A stretch of 64,000 bases of DNA from Spirogloea muscicola (lineage: Eukaryota). Positions 10,730 through 22,724 of this stretch are shown piece after piece (positions within the stretch are counted from its first letter, which is position 1; each line of letters begins with the position of its first letter). Made by a program: the position numbers and the translations under genes. Where the stretch lies: the NCBI GenBank assembly GCA_009602725.1, contig WELB01000020.1, positions 146,944 to 210,943 on the forward strand. Direction: 5' to 3'. The notes below the pieces were generated by a model. The model searched no databases, had not been told where the DNA came from, and saw nothing but the letters and a program-made list of their open reading frames with translations.

Positions 10730-12690
10730 AATCCACCAGCTCTCGCGTCGCGCTATCTCCCGCCGGTATCACGGGGAGCCGGTGAATTTGCATGCAGCAG
10801 GCTCGCTCGCGCAGGTGTACCGCATGCGCCTGTCCGTCTCGCTGCAGAGGTCCATGGTCGCGCGCTGCATCTGCGTGCCGGTCGTGCCTTAGCTGCAGCC
10901 TCTGGCCCTGGCCAGGGGACCCGCTACCAGGAGACCACTTTCTCCGACCTGCGGCTGCTTAGCAGGGTTTAATGAGTGTTCGTTGCTACTTGATTCCCTG
11001 TGTGCTTTAGCGCTTTCCCTGGCCCCTTTGAATATTGTTCATATCTTTTTTTGGGCTGGCCTCTCACAGCCACCGCCCTCTCCTGGAAGCGTCCCTCTCT
11101 CAAACCACACAGCTATACAAGAGGCTACAGCGGATGGGAGGCTTGAAAATTCCAGTTAGCAGCAGCAAGTCGTAGTAACTTGCAGCTGGAGGCACCCCAA
11201 CGAGACCCAGAAGCAGCAGCCATAGAGCGGCCTGCCCGCAAGTGCACTGCGTGAGCCAGGGAGCGTTGGAAGGAGACAGACAGCCGCATGCAGAACACCT
11301 GGGCAAGCGACCCGGCGGCGAAGATGCCGGGCAGCTCCCCTTGCTGACCCTGCTTCTCCACTGGCTTGCAGGGTGTTGCTTCGGCGGCCCACATTAGTCT
11401 GGCAGATATGGATGTGCTCACTCGAGGGTACTAGAATCCTTAATTACTAAAGTTCATTCGCTTTGTTACTATAGCGCCTCGTAGAAGTATCATCATGTGT
11501 GCCTTTGGCACCTCTCGGCCCTTGTCATTCTTTCTGGGCTCGCTTTTCACAGACCGCCTGCTTTGGAAGAAAGTGTGGCTCTGCCAAAAGAGGAAAGTGT
11601 TCGATCACGGAAGGTAGGGGCTGGGAAAGGCCAGCCCAAAATGAATGAACAAGGTCGAAAGAGCCAAGCAGGTGCCTAAAACCACACAGCTAGACATGAG
11701 GCTACCGCAGATGGAAAGCTTAGTAATCAAGAGTGAGCCAAAGCCTGTGGATCCCCTCCCAATGGGAAGTGGCTCTCCCAAAGGGGATGAGTGCTGTGTG
11801 AACAGCCAGCCCGACAACAGTTCACAAGGTCCGAAGGGCCCGAAAAGCGCATTCCCAGACAAAGATTTGGTTTCTTCAATTGAGGAGCCGCAAGTCAGAA
11901 ATACAGAAAGAGCGGAGGGCTGTGAACAGCCAATTGGGGAAAAAGTGACAAAAAGCTCACTTCCTCTTCTAGTATCTTGCTTTTCGCCCATCCGGCCCTC
12001 TCAGACCTTGTCAATTCCTCTGGGGGCTCTCAGTAACTTCGAGTCAGTAAGTGCAAGTCAGAGAACCTAGCAAACGGATAGACGTCGCCCTGACGGAACC
12101 GGAAGCAGCAGCCAAGGCGCGGCCCCCCCTTGCTGCCGTCTTAGCCATTAGTATCTTGCTTTTTGCGCCATCCGACCCCTCCAGACCTTGTCCATTCCTT
12201 TGGGCTGGCCTCTTACAGCCACCACTCAATTTGGAAGCGCTGTTCTTCTTTGAGCTGGCCTCTCACAACCATTGCCGGGAATTGGAAGAGGTTCTTTCTT
12301 TTCTTTCTATCATCTTTCTTCTCACTTTGGCTTGCTGCTTCTCATACTGGCTTGCTTTGGCCTCCCTCTCAATTCTCTCTCTGACGTGGCTACTTGATTC
12401 ACTGTGTGCTTATTTTGACTTGCACTTATTGACCTGAGGTTATTGAGCTGGCCAGGCTTGCGCGGCGCGCTGTGTCCCGCAGGCGAGGTGAGCCGCCTGA
12501 CTTCAATGCCGCTGGCTCGTGGGCCAGGTTTATTGCATGCGTTAGGCAGTCTCCCTCCAGCGGTCCAAGGCCCACGCCTTGCATCTGCGTGCTGGCCGTG
12601 CTCTCGCTGCAGCCTCTGGCTTACGTCAGGGGGATAGTTTTCTGGCAGCTAATCTGTCGGATTTGAGGCTCCACACTCGTAGCTACTGAG
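10730..12690. mobile_element. Cluster of nested RLE non-LTR fragments from several subfamilies, both orientations
   Basis: 10730-11100 (+) encodes HQLSRRAISRRYHGEP..AAGSLAQVYRMRLSVSLQRSM..SDLRLLSRV*. 11100-11365 (-) encodes AAGSLAQVFCMRLSVSFQRSLAHAVHLRAGR. 12445-12690 (+) encodes ..SLQRSKAHALHLRAGRALAAASG..SDLRLHTRSY*. Several hairpin-only termini lie at 11500-12300. Confidence 0.85.
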
Positions 12691-15600
12691 TGGTCCATCC
12701 TCCACCCGTTCTGACATAGGATTTTCAGGCCCCTCCGTCATTTTGGCCCCTTCGATGGAGAAGCTCCTTCGCAAGGAACCAGCTTCGGCTGCGTTACTGG
12801 GTTTAGTGGTGAGTGCTGTGTCTCCCCAAGGCTGGAACATCAAGCAATCAAGCAGAAAGCTGGACCTGCGACCGGGAGCATTGGAGGGTGTAAATGTTGT
12901 TGATTGAATCGCGCCGCAGACGAGTCGTGCATTTCATACAGATTGGACATTGTGGCCTAAAGTAAAATTTCGTGTCTTTGAAACAAACGAAGGCCAACTG
13001 GCCAAGTACAAAGGCAAGCACATCTAAAGCTCTACGTAACCTTCAGCAGATTGACCCGCTCAGCGTCCACGGGTCAAAACGTAAAGGTCGCCAAGTGATG
13101 CCTGAATACTAGATGGCAGATACGAAGCCCTTCTGCCACCCACTAGAGCTCGCCCAGTAGGGCAGAGCTACTGGCCAGCTCGTCGGGAGAGACGAGCGTG
13201 ACAAACCCGACAAGAAAAGGTCCTGCAGTGGGGACGTCTTCAAGGGCCCGAGCAAGCCGTTGCCAAGCTTTGGGCCCCCAGCTGCACCGCATCCACTCTT
13301 GCCTTGTCCTATTTGACGAGATCTGGCTGAATCTACCCGTGTGCGTCCTCTGGACACGCACTCTAGCACTTGAACTTGGGCACTACGGAGGCCCTTCCAT
13401 CTGCAGCCTATGATGACAGTCAAGCTGGCCTTGAGTCCCCCATGCCAAAAGACTCTGAGCACAAGTCTTAGTATCAAACAATTAGGCCACCCTTCCATGA
13501 TAATAATTGCAAATTAATAACAATAATCAGCAAAGGTCACTCCGTTGTGAAGTAGACTGTCAGAGATGGGGCTCTACATCTCGACTTGTGACAACAGGGT
13601 AGGCTTGCGCAAGCGCAAGTCAGCAGAGTGAAAGGTCGTGGGACTTGCATACTACGGCCAGCGGAACAGATGACGTGTGCTCGTGCCTGTCAGTAGAGTG
13701 ACGGTCTTTAATCAAGCAGTGGCACATCATGGCTGCGAAGGCTTACCAGCAGAAGGTCTGGGGCGGATTGCATCGGGCAACGGCAGTGACAACCCATGCG
13801 GCCTGACGGCAGGAGGCGCAAAGGCAGAAGGAAGCGAAAACTAGCCCGCCTGCGGGACTGGTTAAGGTTGACGTTGAACAACCGGGGATTGGAAAAAAGA
13901 GTTGCCCACCAGCCGGCTTTCCACCCCTCCACCTCTCTCATCCCACCCCCCTGCTAAGCCCCACAAGCGCTTCTGAACAAAGCAGCCCCCAAGCACCGGC
14001 TCCTTGGCTTGCTCTCGCTCGAGCCACCAGATTCTTAGGGCCTACTGCCGCCTTGCCTGGCCCCCCAACCACCGTCGCCTGCTCACTTTTTTTCCCTGCT
14101 CGTCTGATCCTCTCTCGCCCTTCACCCATCTCGCTCGGAGCATGCTCAGACATGAACGTACTGTGCAGCCATCCAAGCTCTTCGCTGTAAAACGTAAGTC
14201 TCTCGTCTCTCATTGTACTCCTGCATGCCCTGGCTGATCTCCATTCTCGCGTTATGGCATGTGCTTCACCACTGCTTGGAGTAGCGTGGTGACCATGAAG
14301 TACTGTGCTTCGCCTCCAGCGAAGGTCCTGTCGGGTCTCTCTTAGGCAAACAGTCCTCCACTTCAGTATCAAAGGCAACGACGTTCACAACCTGTGTCGG
14401 ACTGCCGACAGTATGTGAGGGATGCCGCTGTACTTCCCATATGCCTCAGAAGTTGACTGCCCAATCCCTCAATCTGATGGCCTCAGGTGCGCTCAAGGTA
14501 GCAACGCCTCCTTGATGTCATCCCTACAACCACGTTCAAGCGTATTCCACCATCTCGATACGACCACTCAAAAGCTGCCAACTTTGAAGACCGTACATTT
14601 CTCCATCACCAGAAACAGCAGTAATAGCAGGTCAGCGCTAGCTGTGGCCGACGGAATTGCTGGACTTGATAGCCTTGCAACCTGCTAGCATCGTGTTTTT
14701 GTTTCCTTGTGTTAACTTTCGCAAGCTGCAGCACGTGCAGCCAAGCTGTGCAGTGTGAAGGAGCTGGTGAGTCTTGCTTGATGACGACTGACTGACTTCT
14801 TGCCATGTCGTGCCACGTCCAAGCAGCAATATTGCTATTGCACTGCAGGTTGATGTCTATACTGCTTGATCCTCATCGCCGCGCCTGGTGTCTCAAATGC
14901 AGCTTCACGGGGAGAGGAAGGCATGAGATACAGGGGGCACATAGGCAGAACTCAAGGCCTCGAACATCTTCATGCAAATCGCAGCACTGTGTGCAAGCCA
15001 GTTTACCAGGCATTCTCATCTCGTTGCAGAGGCTGTGCAAGCGCATCCAGGGAGGACGTCCCCGTATCTCAGACGGTGGCATGGACGTGCTAAGAGGAAG
15101 GCAAAAGCAACGCAATGGGGCTGCCGATGTTAGTGTGAACGCCCAGGTTGGCTCCAGCAGTAGAGCAAGAGACGGTTGGGGTTCACCTGAAGAGCGGCGG
15201 CAGCAGCAGAAGCGCCCGCCTACAAGATCCAAGAAGCGGTCCTAACAGACGGATCTTTAGACTGCTCACGGGTCCTATTCAAGCTCACGTCGCTCTCGCG
15301 CTAGTGGATGCGAGCACTAAGTACTTGCGAGCTCCCAGGCATGTTGACCACAGCCGCATGACAATCTAGGGCTGGTCGACCTACTCGTGGTGTTAGATAT
15401 GCTGCACAAGGGCAGTGAATCCGAGTGCCCTGCCCTGGCCTTACGGCATGCTCCGGCATGAACGTGTGACTGCAACTGCTTCTAACCTTTTACGATACTT
15501 GGAAAGCCACACTACACCCTTCAGCGGGGTTCCAGAGGACGCCATCTTGCAGCACATTGGCCGCCTCTCAAGCTTGCCGGTGTTTAGGCCAGCCCAGCAA

Positions 15601-16494
15601 TGAGCTTGAGGAAGCGAGCATTCATGCATGCTTGCCATGAACCTGTGCAACTCGAGTATCACAAAGCACTGCAAGTGTGGACGCTTCTTAAATATGCAGA
15701 GAGTCTCACTTTGCATGCCTTCTCTGTAAGCGAGGCAAGGATAGTCGCTGCTTCATTTGGTACTTTTGCACAGGCTCACGTCTCACGCTCACGCGTTCCC
15801 GTGCATGCAAGTACTTCTTAGCGCAGCCTATGCTTGTGAGGACATGCCAATCTGAAGTTTGTTGGCAAGCTCAAGATTGAGTAGGAGTCATGTTGGAGCA
15901 GGCAGGCAAGTCCCTGAAGTATAGTAGAATGTGCCTGAGGGACGAAGGTATGCGGCTGCGAAAGTTACAAGAGCGGCTGGACTTCAAAGGTTCTTCAGAT
16001 CCCGACGATCCGCCACGGAGTCATGCGTGTGGCTTGTGAGCGAGGCGGAGGGGGCGGCAGCGGGGCGCCGTGGTCACGCCACGCCGGCGTGGCCCCTGGC
16101 GTGCAGGCAGGGCGAGGGAGCGGAGGCGAGCGCCGGAGCAGTAGGCGCCGGGGCAAGCAGGCTCTCGTGTCGCACGAGAGAGCCTGCAGCGAGAGTACCT
16201 GCCGCCCGCAGGCCTGCGGCAGAAGAGCCTGCAGCCGGCGCACCCACGGGGAGCGAGCCTGCGGCGCGGCGCTTCGGCTGACCCCGGCCGCGAGGGCCCC
16301 GCCTGCCGTGGGCACGATTGCCGAGGCGCCGGGGGCCCCGTTGACTGCCGCGAGCAGGTGCGGGTGCGGCCGTGAGCACGCTTGCCGCCGCGTGTGGTTG
16401 CTCCCGGGCGCGGCGCGGGCCGGGCCGGGCCGGGCCGNNNNCTCCCCCCCCCCCCATTCTGTGGCAACCCCCGCCCCTCTCCCGCGGCCCACCA

Positions 16495-17845
16495 ATGAAG
16501 AGCAGCTGCAGCTCCGACACCGGGTCCTCCGCCAGCCTGCTCTGCGACGTCGAGTGCGACCTCGACTACGCCAGCCTGGTGGGCCACATCGGGCGGCAGG
16601 TCGACGCCGCCGGCATCGCCAAGGGCACCTGGCTGCCCGAAGAGGACCGCATCCTCATTGCCTACGTCGAGCGCCATGGGCCCAAGGACTGGAACGCCCT
16701 CCTCACCAAAGGTACCCACTGAATCGCCGCACTCTGAAGCCTTCTTAGCCCCCCGCTTACGAGCTTCCATGCTTGCGGCAGGATGCCGTGCAAAACAAGG
16801 TCAGATAGGTCGGCTGGCTATCTTCCCCGTGAGTTTGTGCTTGAGGGAGAAGCTTGCCCATCATGTGTCTGACGATGTCCGCTGATCATATGCCTCGTCT
16901 ACGCGCAGGCCTCCTTAAGCGAAATGGCAAGAGCTGCCGGCTGCGCTGGGTCAACCAACTCCAACCAGGCCTGCAGCGAGGGCATCATGGCAAAGGCACC
17001 AAGCGATTCACCGAGGCAGAGGAACGGCGGGTCGTGGAACTGCAGGTGTGCATCAGCCCCTGGATCGTGCTGCCTCGAGCTGTCCACCATCTGGCTTGCA
17101 ATCGACTACTTCGCCACTGCTGTTGCTGACGTCGTCTTACACTTGTGTACCCGGGAATCTCTTCGTCTCAATGTCATGGTTGCTGATGCTGATGACGATA
17201 TTTGCCGGCCCGCAGGCCACATTTGGCAATCGATGGTCCCAGATTGCCAAGCACCTGCAAGGCAGGACAGACAACGATGTCAAGAATTTCTGGAACCTCC
17301 ACCTGAAGAGGATGGGCGTTGTTCGCAGGCCCAAGTCCTCGTCGGCCAGTACATCGGCCTCCTCGGATGGCACCAGTGTCACACGTTGTGCAGTCGATCC
17401 AGGGACGACAGCAGCTGCGCATGTGGAGTGCAGCCGTCGGGAATGTCTGCAGAAGGGTGTGGAGCAGCCAGCAGTGCATCTTCAGCAGGCTCCCATCCTC
17501 TGCTCGCAGTGCTGCGCTCCTCAAGCGCCCCCTCCATGTGACGCCATTTTGGCATCTCCTGGCCTTACAGCACCAGTGCATTGGGAAATACCAGCCTGCA
17601 GCTCGGGCAGCGGGGTTACTACAACTGGCAATGACATGCTGGTGCACAATGATTGGGACTACGAAGAGCTCTTGCATTCCCTCGGATTGCAATTCGAGGA
17701 CACGAAGGTGCCACCCACACCTGGCGCCAGGCTTTCATGCGCCGAGGGGAGGCAAGATCTGCTATGGCAGGAGCTAGAAGGCTTAGCGGAGAGCAACTTA
17801 GATGTCCTGTCTGTAACGGGCGATTGGCAGAGCAAATTCTGCTAA
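16495..17845 (+). CDS. R2R3-MYB transcription factor, DUO1-like, 3 exons
   Basis: [82 protein letters not shown] with GT-AG introns (about 16712-16908 and 17046-17215). The start codon is inferred. Confidence 0.9.
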
Positions 17846-19492
17846 CCCCATATTCACCACCTCTGCGTGGTTCTGTTGTTGCCACGTATCGTGGGCCTTG
17901 TCAAGCGACCTTCGCACACACAAGCTAAGCTCGTGGGACAAGTGTGACTCCTGCTGCGCCCAGCTAGATACAATTGTGTACGGGTCATGGATTTCACATT
18001 TAAGGTCACGGAACTCAGCCTCTACTCTTCAACGTGCAGTCAGGCTGTTCGTGCAGTCAGGCTGTTGGGTAAATTAGAATACTTCCTGGCCATCTAGACA
18101 ATCACAGCACGTGACTGTTCTGATCACCTTACACAACCCTGGACCCTGGTTGTCGTGGGCTTTTAAGTAGAAGTGACACCAATTCCACGTAGCATATCAT
18201 GTGTATGTTGAGAAGATCCTAAATCTAGTCTCGAAGAGCAGGGGCTATTCTGAGGCTCATACTCGGTGATGACATGGTTCGTGACCATTGACAAATGTAT
18301 CCAGGAATAGTAAATAAACCTTGGAGTAGGGCACCCAGCAACGGCCGTCATAGTTCCGCGGGTGCCAAGGCTGGCAAAGTCTGTGAACCGTGGTCAGTAG
18401 CATTTGCACTGACAGTGTAGACTGCAACATGATAAGTCGCTCAGTCTCGTAAAGTCTTTGCAATCAGGCCAGCTGTGTTGTGTTGGTCGACATTGACTAA
18501 GGGGTGAGCTCGAGAAGCATGGTGAGGCCCGTGAAGGTCAGCATGCGTCACTTCTTATATTGTCTGATGTGAGTCAAGATTCAGGTCAGAAAATAGATGT
18601 AGCATTTGAGGTCAACATCCAGGCCTCCTCAGTGCTCTGATTGTGTGGACGGTCAGGCTATTCGGACTTACTTTGCAAAGACCCCTAATCCCTTGACCGT
18701 GTATTCTGCAGTTAACCAATTCCAGCATTGGTTCTTTACAAAAAGCTTCACTTAACAGTGTCGCGGTAACAACATCAGTGTCTGATTGTGAACGCTGGTT
18801 AAATTTATGCCAACAACTATTACAACTGCTTTGGTGACACAGGGTATACTCTACTGGGCGTTCCACTGCAGTACAAGTGTAGTGCAGACGTGCTTGTGAG
18901 GCCCACATCTCGACAAAGGCATGCTCCAAACATTCATCGTCCTAGAAACCATGGATTGCAAATGTGAACCTCAGAAAAGAGCTGCTCGAGCATCGTCTCT
19001 TCTCTATAAAGCAGTGGATACAAGAGCTCTTCCCACACATAAGGCAGATCTAAGAATACGAGCGTGTCGTTGCACATGTATTGTCCTCGTGGCTTGTACA
19101 AACATGTACAAAGAGATACCTCTGACCAGTTGCCCAGTTGCTGGTGCAGAGGAACTCACTCACAGTCCAGCTGAGCTGGCGAGGAGTAAATGCATCCACA
19201 ATCAGCCCTCAATGTGAGGTCCAAATCGAATCTATACTGTCAAACAAACAAATTTCTGGAGTCTAAGCAGATTGCAGTGGCAGCTTGACAAGCAATAGCT
19301 ACGTTGGCGCTGCTGTGCATTTGTTGCTAAACAGAGAAGAGCCATGAGAGCTGGACCTAAGAAAAGGAGTAAGGGGGAGTGACAGAAACTTCCGCTCTTG
19401 CTGGGCCGCAGCTTATGTACACGTATGACTAGTAACTGCACCAACTATGTACAGCTGCCGCGTACGCGGCAGAGTCAAGGAAGGACCCCAGG

Positions 19493-21587
19493 TCAATCCT
19501 CAATGTGGGCATGGACGTAGTCCACAAAAATGAGGCGTTGCTCTAAGCTCTTCTTGATGTAGTATGCAGCACCAGCACAGGCAACTGCCAGTCCTGCAAT
19601 GCAGGCCCTTTGCTGGATGTCAGCAGGAAGAGAAGCAAGCCCTCCAAGCAGGACAGCTGCCCCAGTAAGTCCTGCTCTCAACTTCCTGAGCCCTTTCAGC
19701 GCCCCTCGGCACGCTGAACATTTGTTCGTGTGCTGCCCCTCACGATCCATCATCTGCAACAGCCACTTGGCATATACGACTTAGCAAAAAGGAATATTGC
19801 GCATGTTTCCAGCCCCGCTGACTCCAAACAAGGCAGGCTGACTTCGAAGCTCTGTACCAACCTCAGGCTTTGGCAGCGCTACTGCAGCTACCTAGCGCAG
19901 ACCAAGTCAAAGAACAATGTCACCGGGTGGCTAGAATGGTGGAGCTACCTCGCGCTTCGAAAGGGTGGTGGAAGGCAGGGGCACTCCTGGCAGCTTTGAA
20001 CCTGGGGCCCACTGGGGCTCGCCGCCACCATTCCGGCGTAACCAATTCCGGAATGCCAGCACAAAGCGATCTGCTGCAGTTGGGGTGAACGTCAGCTTGC
20101 CGTAGTCCTTGCTAATGTCCTTGTCAGCACTGTGAAGCTGCTTCTCCTGCCCCTGGAGCACGATCATATCTCCGTCGTATATGAGGTTGCTGGTCATGTG
20201 CTCCCACCACCGGGGTACCACCTGGAACCACTTGGGCCCGGGCATAAGCCAGCGAGCAAAATTACGGTAACTGATAACGATGCTGCGAGTCTGGCCGGGT
20301 GCCATGGGCACGTTGAAGGAGCAAATCCAGATCTGCCATTCCTTCTCCCCCAAGAAGGGCAGCTTCACTTTCAGATCGATTCTGCGGCATGCCACGCAGC
20401 ACATGTGAGAATGCTGTCTGCAAAAAAGAAGCGAGAGGGCAGCGATACACAGCGAGCAGTCAACTCATCCCAGAATACCTGCCGAGGTTCTGTGGAGGTG
20501 AGAACAAACTCACGTGTTGACAAAGTAGCAGGGGGCCTGGAAATTGGACGAGATCTTTGGATTGGCGTCGGAGGTGCCCCTAAAGCCCCACAGACCACTC
20601 TCCTCGACAACAAATGGTAGGGGCTTTGCCCTGTCGCGCCGCCCTGTCACCTGCAGTGCCAGCAAGAAGCACAATATAAGTGCTTGATGCACTTCTGATG
20701 CAGTCTATAACGAGCACAAGCACAACATAAGTGCTTGATGCAGTCATTCTAAATGCAAGAGGGGTCATTGGAACGTGCGCCATCCTTTGAATGCCAGCAC
20801 AACTCCAACAAAGTGCCACTAGATTGACATGCAGGTTGCATGGCAACGTGCCGGCATAGTAACTACATCTGGATGGGAAAGGAAACTGAGGTTGTAGTTG
20901 GCATGCCTGGACAGACCTGGCTAACAAGACATGCTAGGACATCCTGTGCATTTTCCTGCTGTCGCTGCATGCCAGGAGAAAGATTGCCGCCATTGGACAT
21001 CAACAGTTGGAGATCATTGACCAACAAGTGGTAACACCGGGAGGCTCTCATCCACCAAGAGGCAGTACCTTGTGATGTGCAAAATCGATGTGCGAAGGGT
21101 CTGCCACATTCTCCATGAGCGTGTCATAACCATAGTAGAGGTCGCGCTGAATTGACACCGAAGAGAATGCCGGATCATCGAAAACAGGAGGCAGCCTGCA
21201 CCAGTGCAATGAGGAGCACTCATCATCGCGTGCAAAGATATCCATCCGCAGGCGAGCAATATACTCATGAACGTTGTGCCAACTTCGTCTAACAGAGGCA
21301 GCAGTGGCACGCGAGCCAGCAAGGTGACAAATCTGGTGGTGTGTGACTCACTTTGGGGCCTCAGTCGCTGCAGCTTGGTGCCAACCGGACTCATTTGGCC
21401 AAACAAAGAGCAGGCCCTGAGAAACTCTGGTGGGAAACGAGATCGTGCAGGCTCTGGGGTTAGCAGCAGCCCTAGCCTCAGGCCCCTCCTGCGCAGCCTG
21501 GGGAATGAGGGCACAGCTGCCATCCCCGCGAAACGACCAGCCGTGATATGAGCACTGCAGCTGCCCCTTGTCGTCGAGCCTGCCTTC
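19493..21587 (-). CDS. PAO: Pheophorbide a oxygenase (Rieske oxygenase); 5' exons lie in or near the gap
   Basis: Rieske half-site EGRLD..LQCSYHGWSF; mononuclear Fe motif YDTLMENVADPSHIDFAHH; WICSFNVPMAPG; PRWWEHMTSNLIYDGDMIVLQGQEK; C-terminal CSAC and FVDYVHA. Confidence 0.93.
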
Positions 21588-21688
21588 CTGCAGCATGCCC
21601 AGAAGCAAGGAATCAGAGCAGCGGACTGTGAGGCACCTCAGTACATGCAGCACCAGCACAAAGTGCAACGGCGCGCCCCCCCCCCCCC

Positions 21689-22522
21689 NNNNNNNNNNNN
21701 NNNNNNNNNNNNNNNNNNNNNNNNNNNNNNNNNNNNNNNNNNNNNNNNNNNNNNNNNNNNNNNNNNNNNNNNNNNNNNNNNNNNNNNNNNNNNNNNNNNN
21801 NNNNNNNNNNNNNNNNNNNNNNNNNNNNNNNNNNNNNNNNNNNNNNNNNNNNNNNNNNNNNNNNNNNNNNNNNNNNNNNNNNNNNNNNNNNNNNNNNNNN
21901 NNNNNNNNNNNNNNNNNNNNNNNNNNNNNNNNNNNNNNNNNNNNNNNNNNNNNNNNNNNNNNNNNNNNNNNNNNNNNNNNNNNNNNNNNNNNNNNNNNNN
22001 NNNNNNNNNNNNNNNNNNNNNNNNNNNNNNNNNNNNNNNNNNNNNNNNNNNNNNNNNNNNNNNNNNNNNNNNNNNNNNNNNNNNNNNNNNNNNNNNNNNN
22101 NNNNNNNNNNNNNNNNNNNNNNNNNNNNNNNNNNNNNNNNNNNNNNNNNNNNNNNNNNNNNNNNNNNNNNNNNNNNNNNNNNNNNNNNNNNNNNNNNNNN
22201 NNNNNNNNNNNNNNNNNNNNNNNNNNNNNNNNNNNNNNNNNNNNNNNNNNNNNNNNNNNNNNNNNNNNNNNNNNNNNNNNNNNNNNNNNNNNNNNNNNNN
22301 NNNNNNNNNNNNNNNNNNNNNNNNNNNNNNNNNNNNNNNNNNNNNNNNNNNNNNNNNNNNNNNNNNNNNNNNNNNNNNNNNNNNNNNNNNNNNNNNNNNN
22401 NNNNNNNNNNNNNNNNNNNNNNNNNNNNNNNNNNNNNNNNNNNNNNNNNNNNNNNNNNNNNNNNNNNNNNNNNNNNNNNNNNNNNNNNNNNNNNNNNNNN
22501 NNNNNNNNNNNNNNNNNNNNNN
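21689..22522. other. Assembly gap (N run)
   Basis: Run of N flanked by poly-C and poly-G. Confidence 1.
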
Positions 22523-22724
22523 GGGGGGGCGATTTGTTGGGGGCGCGGCGGAGGTGGCGGAGGGGGGGGGCCAGCGCGGAGGTAGGGCGACGGGCAGCGG
22601 GTGGGCGGCGGCGTGGCCGGCCTCCGCGGGGCCACGCGGCGGGTGGGGGGGCTTCGGGAAGCGCGAGAGGCACAGGAGCTGCCTGACGGGGAGGTCTTCC
22701 CAAGAGAGGCGGACGCTTCCAGGA

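Noticed and set aside
15931..16770. Multiple overlapping long ORFs on both strands (also about 45560-46620 and 50410-51270)
   Set aside because: Stop codons are scarce in very GC-rich first-exon and promoter DNA; only the MYB, helicase and MTN frames show family motifs.
18033..18067. 17-nt tandem duplication CGTGCAGTCAGGCTGTT
   Set aside because: Only two units and no associated structure; ordinary slippage or a footprint.
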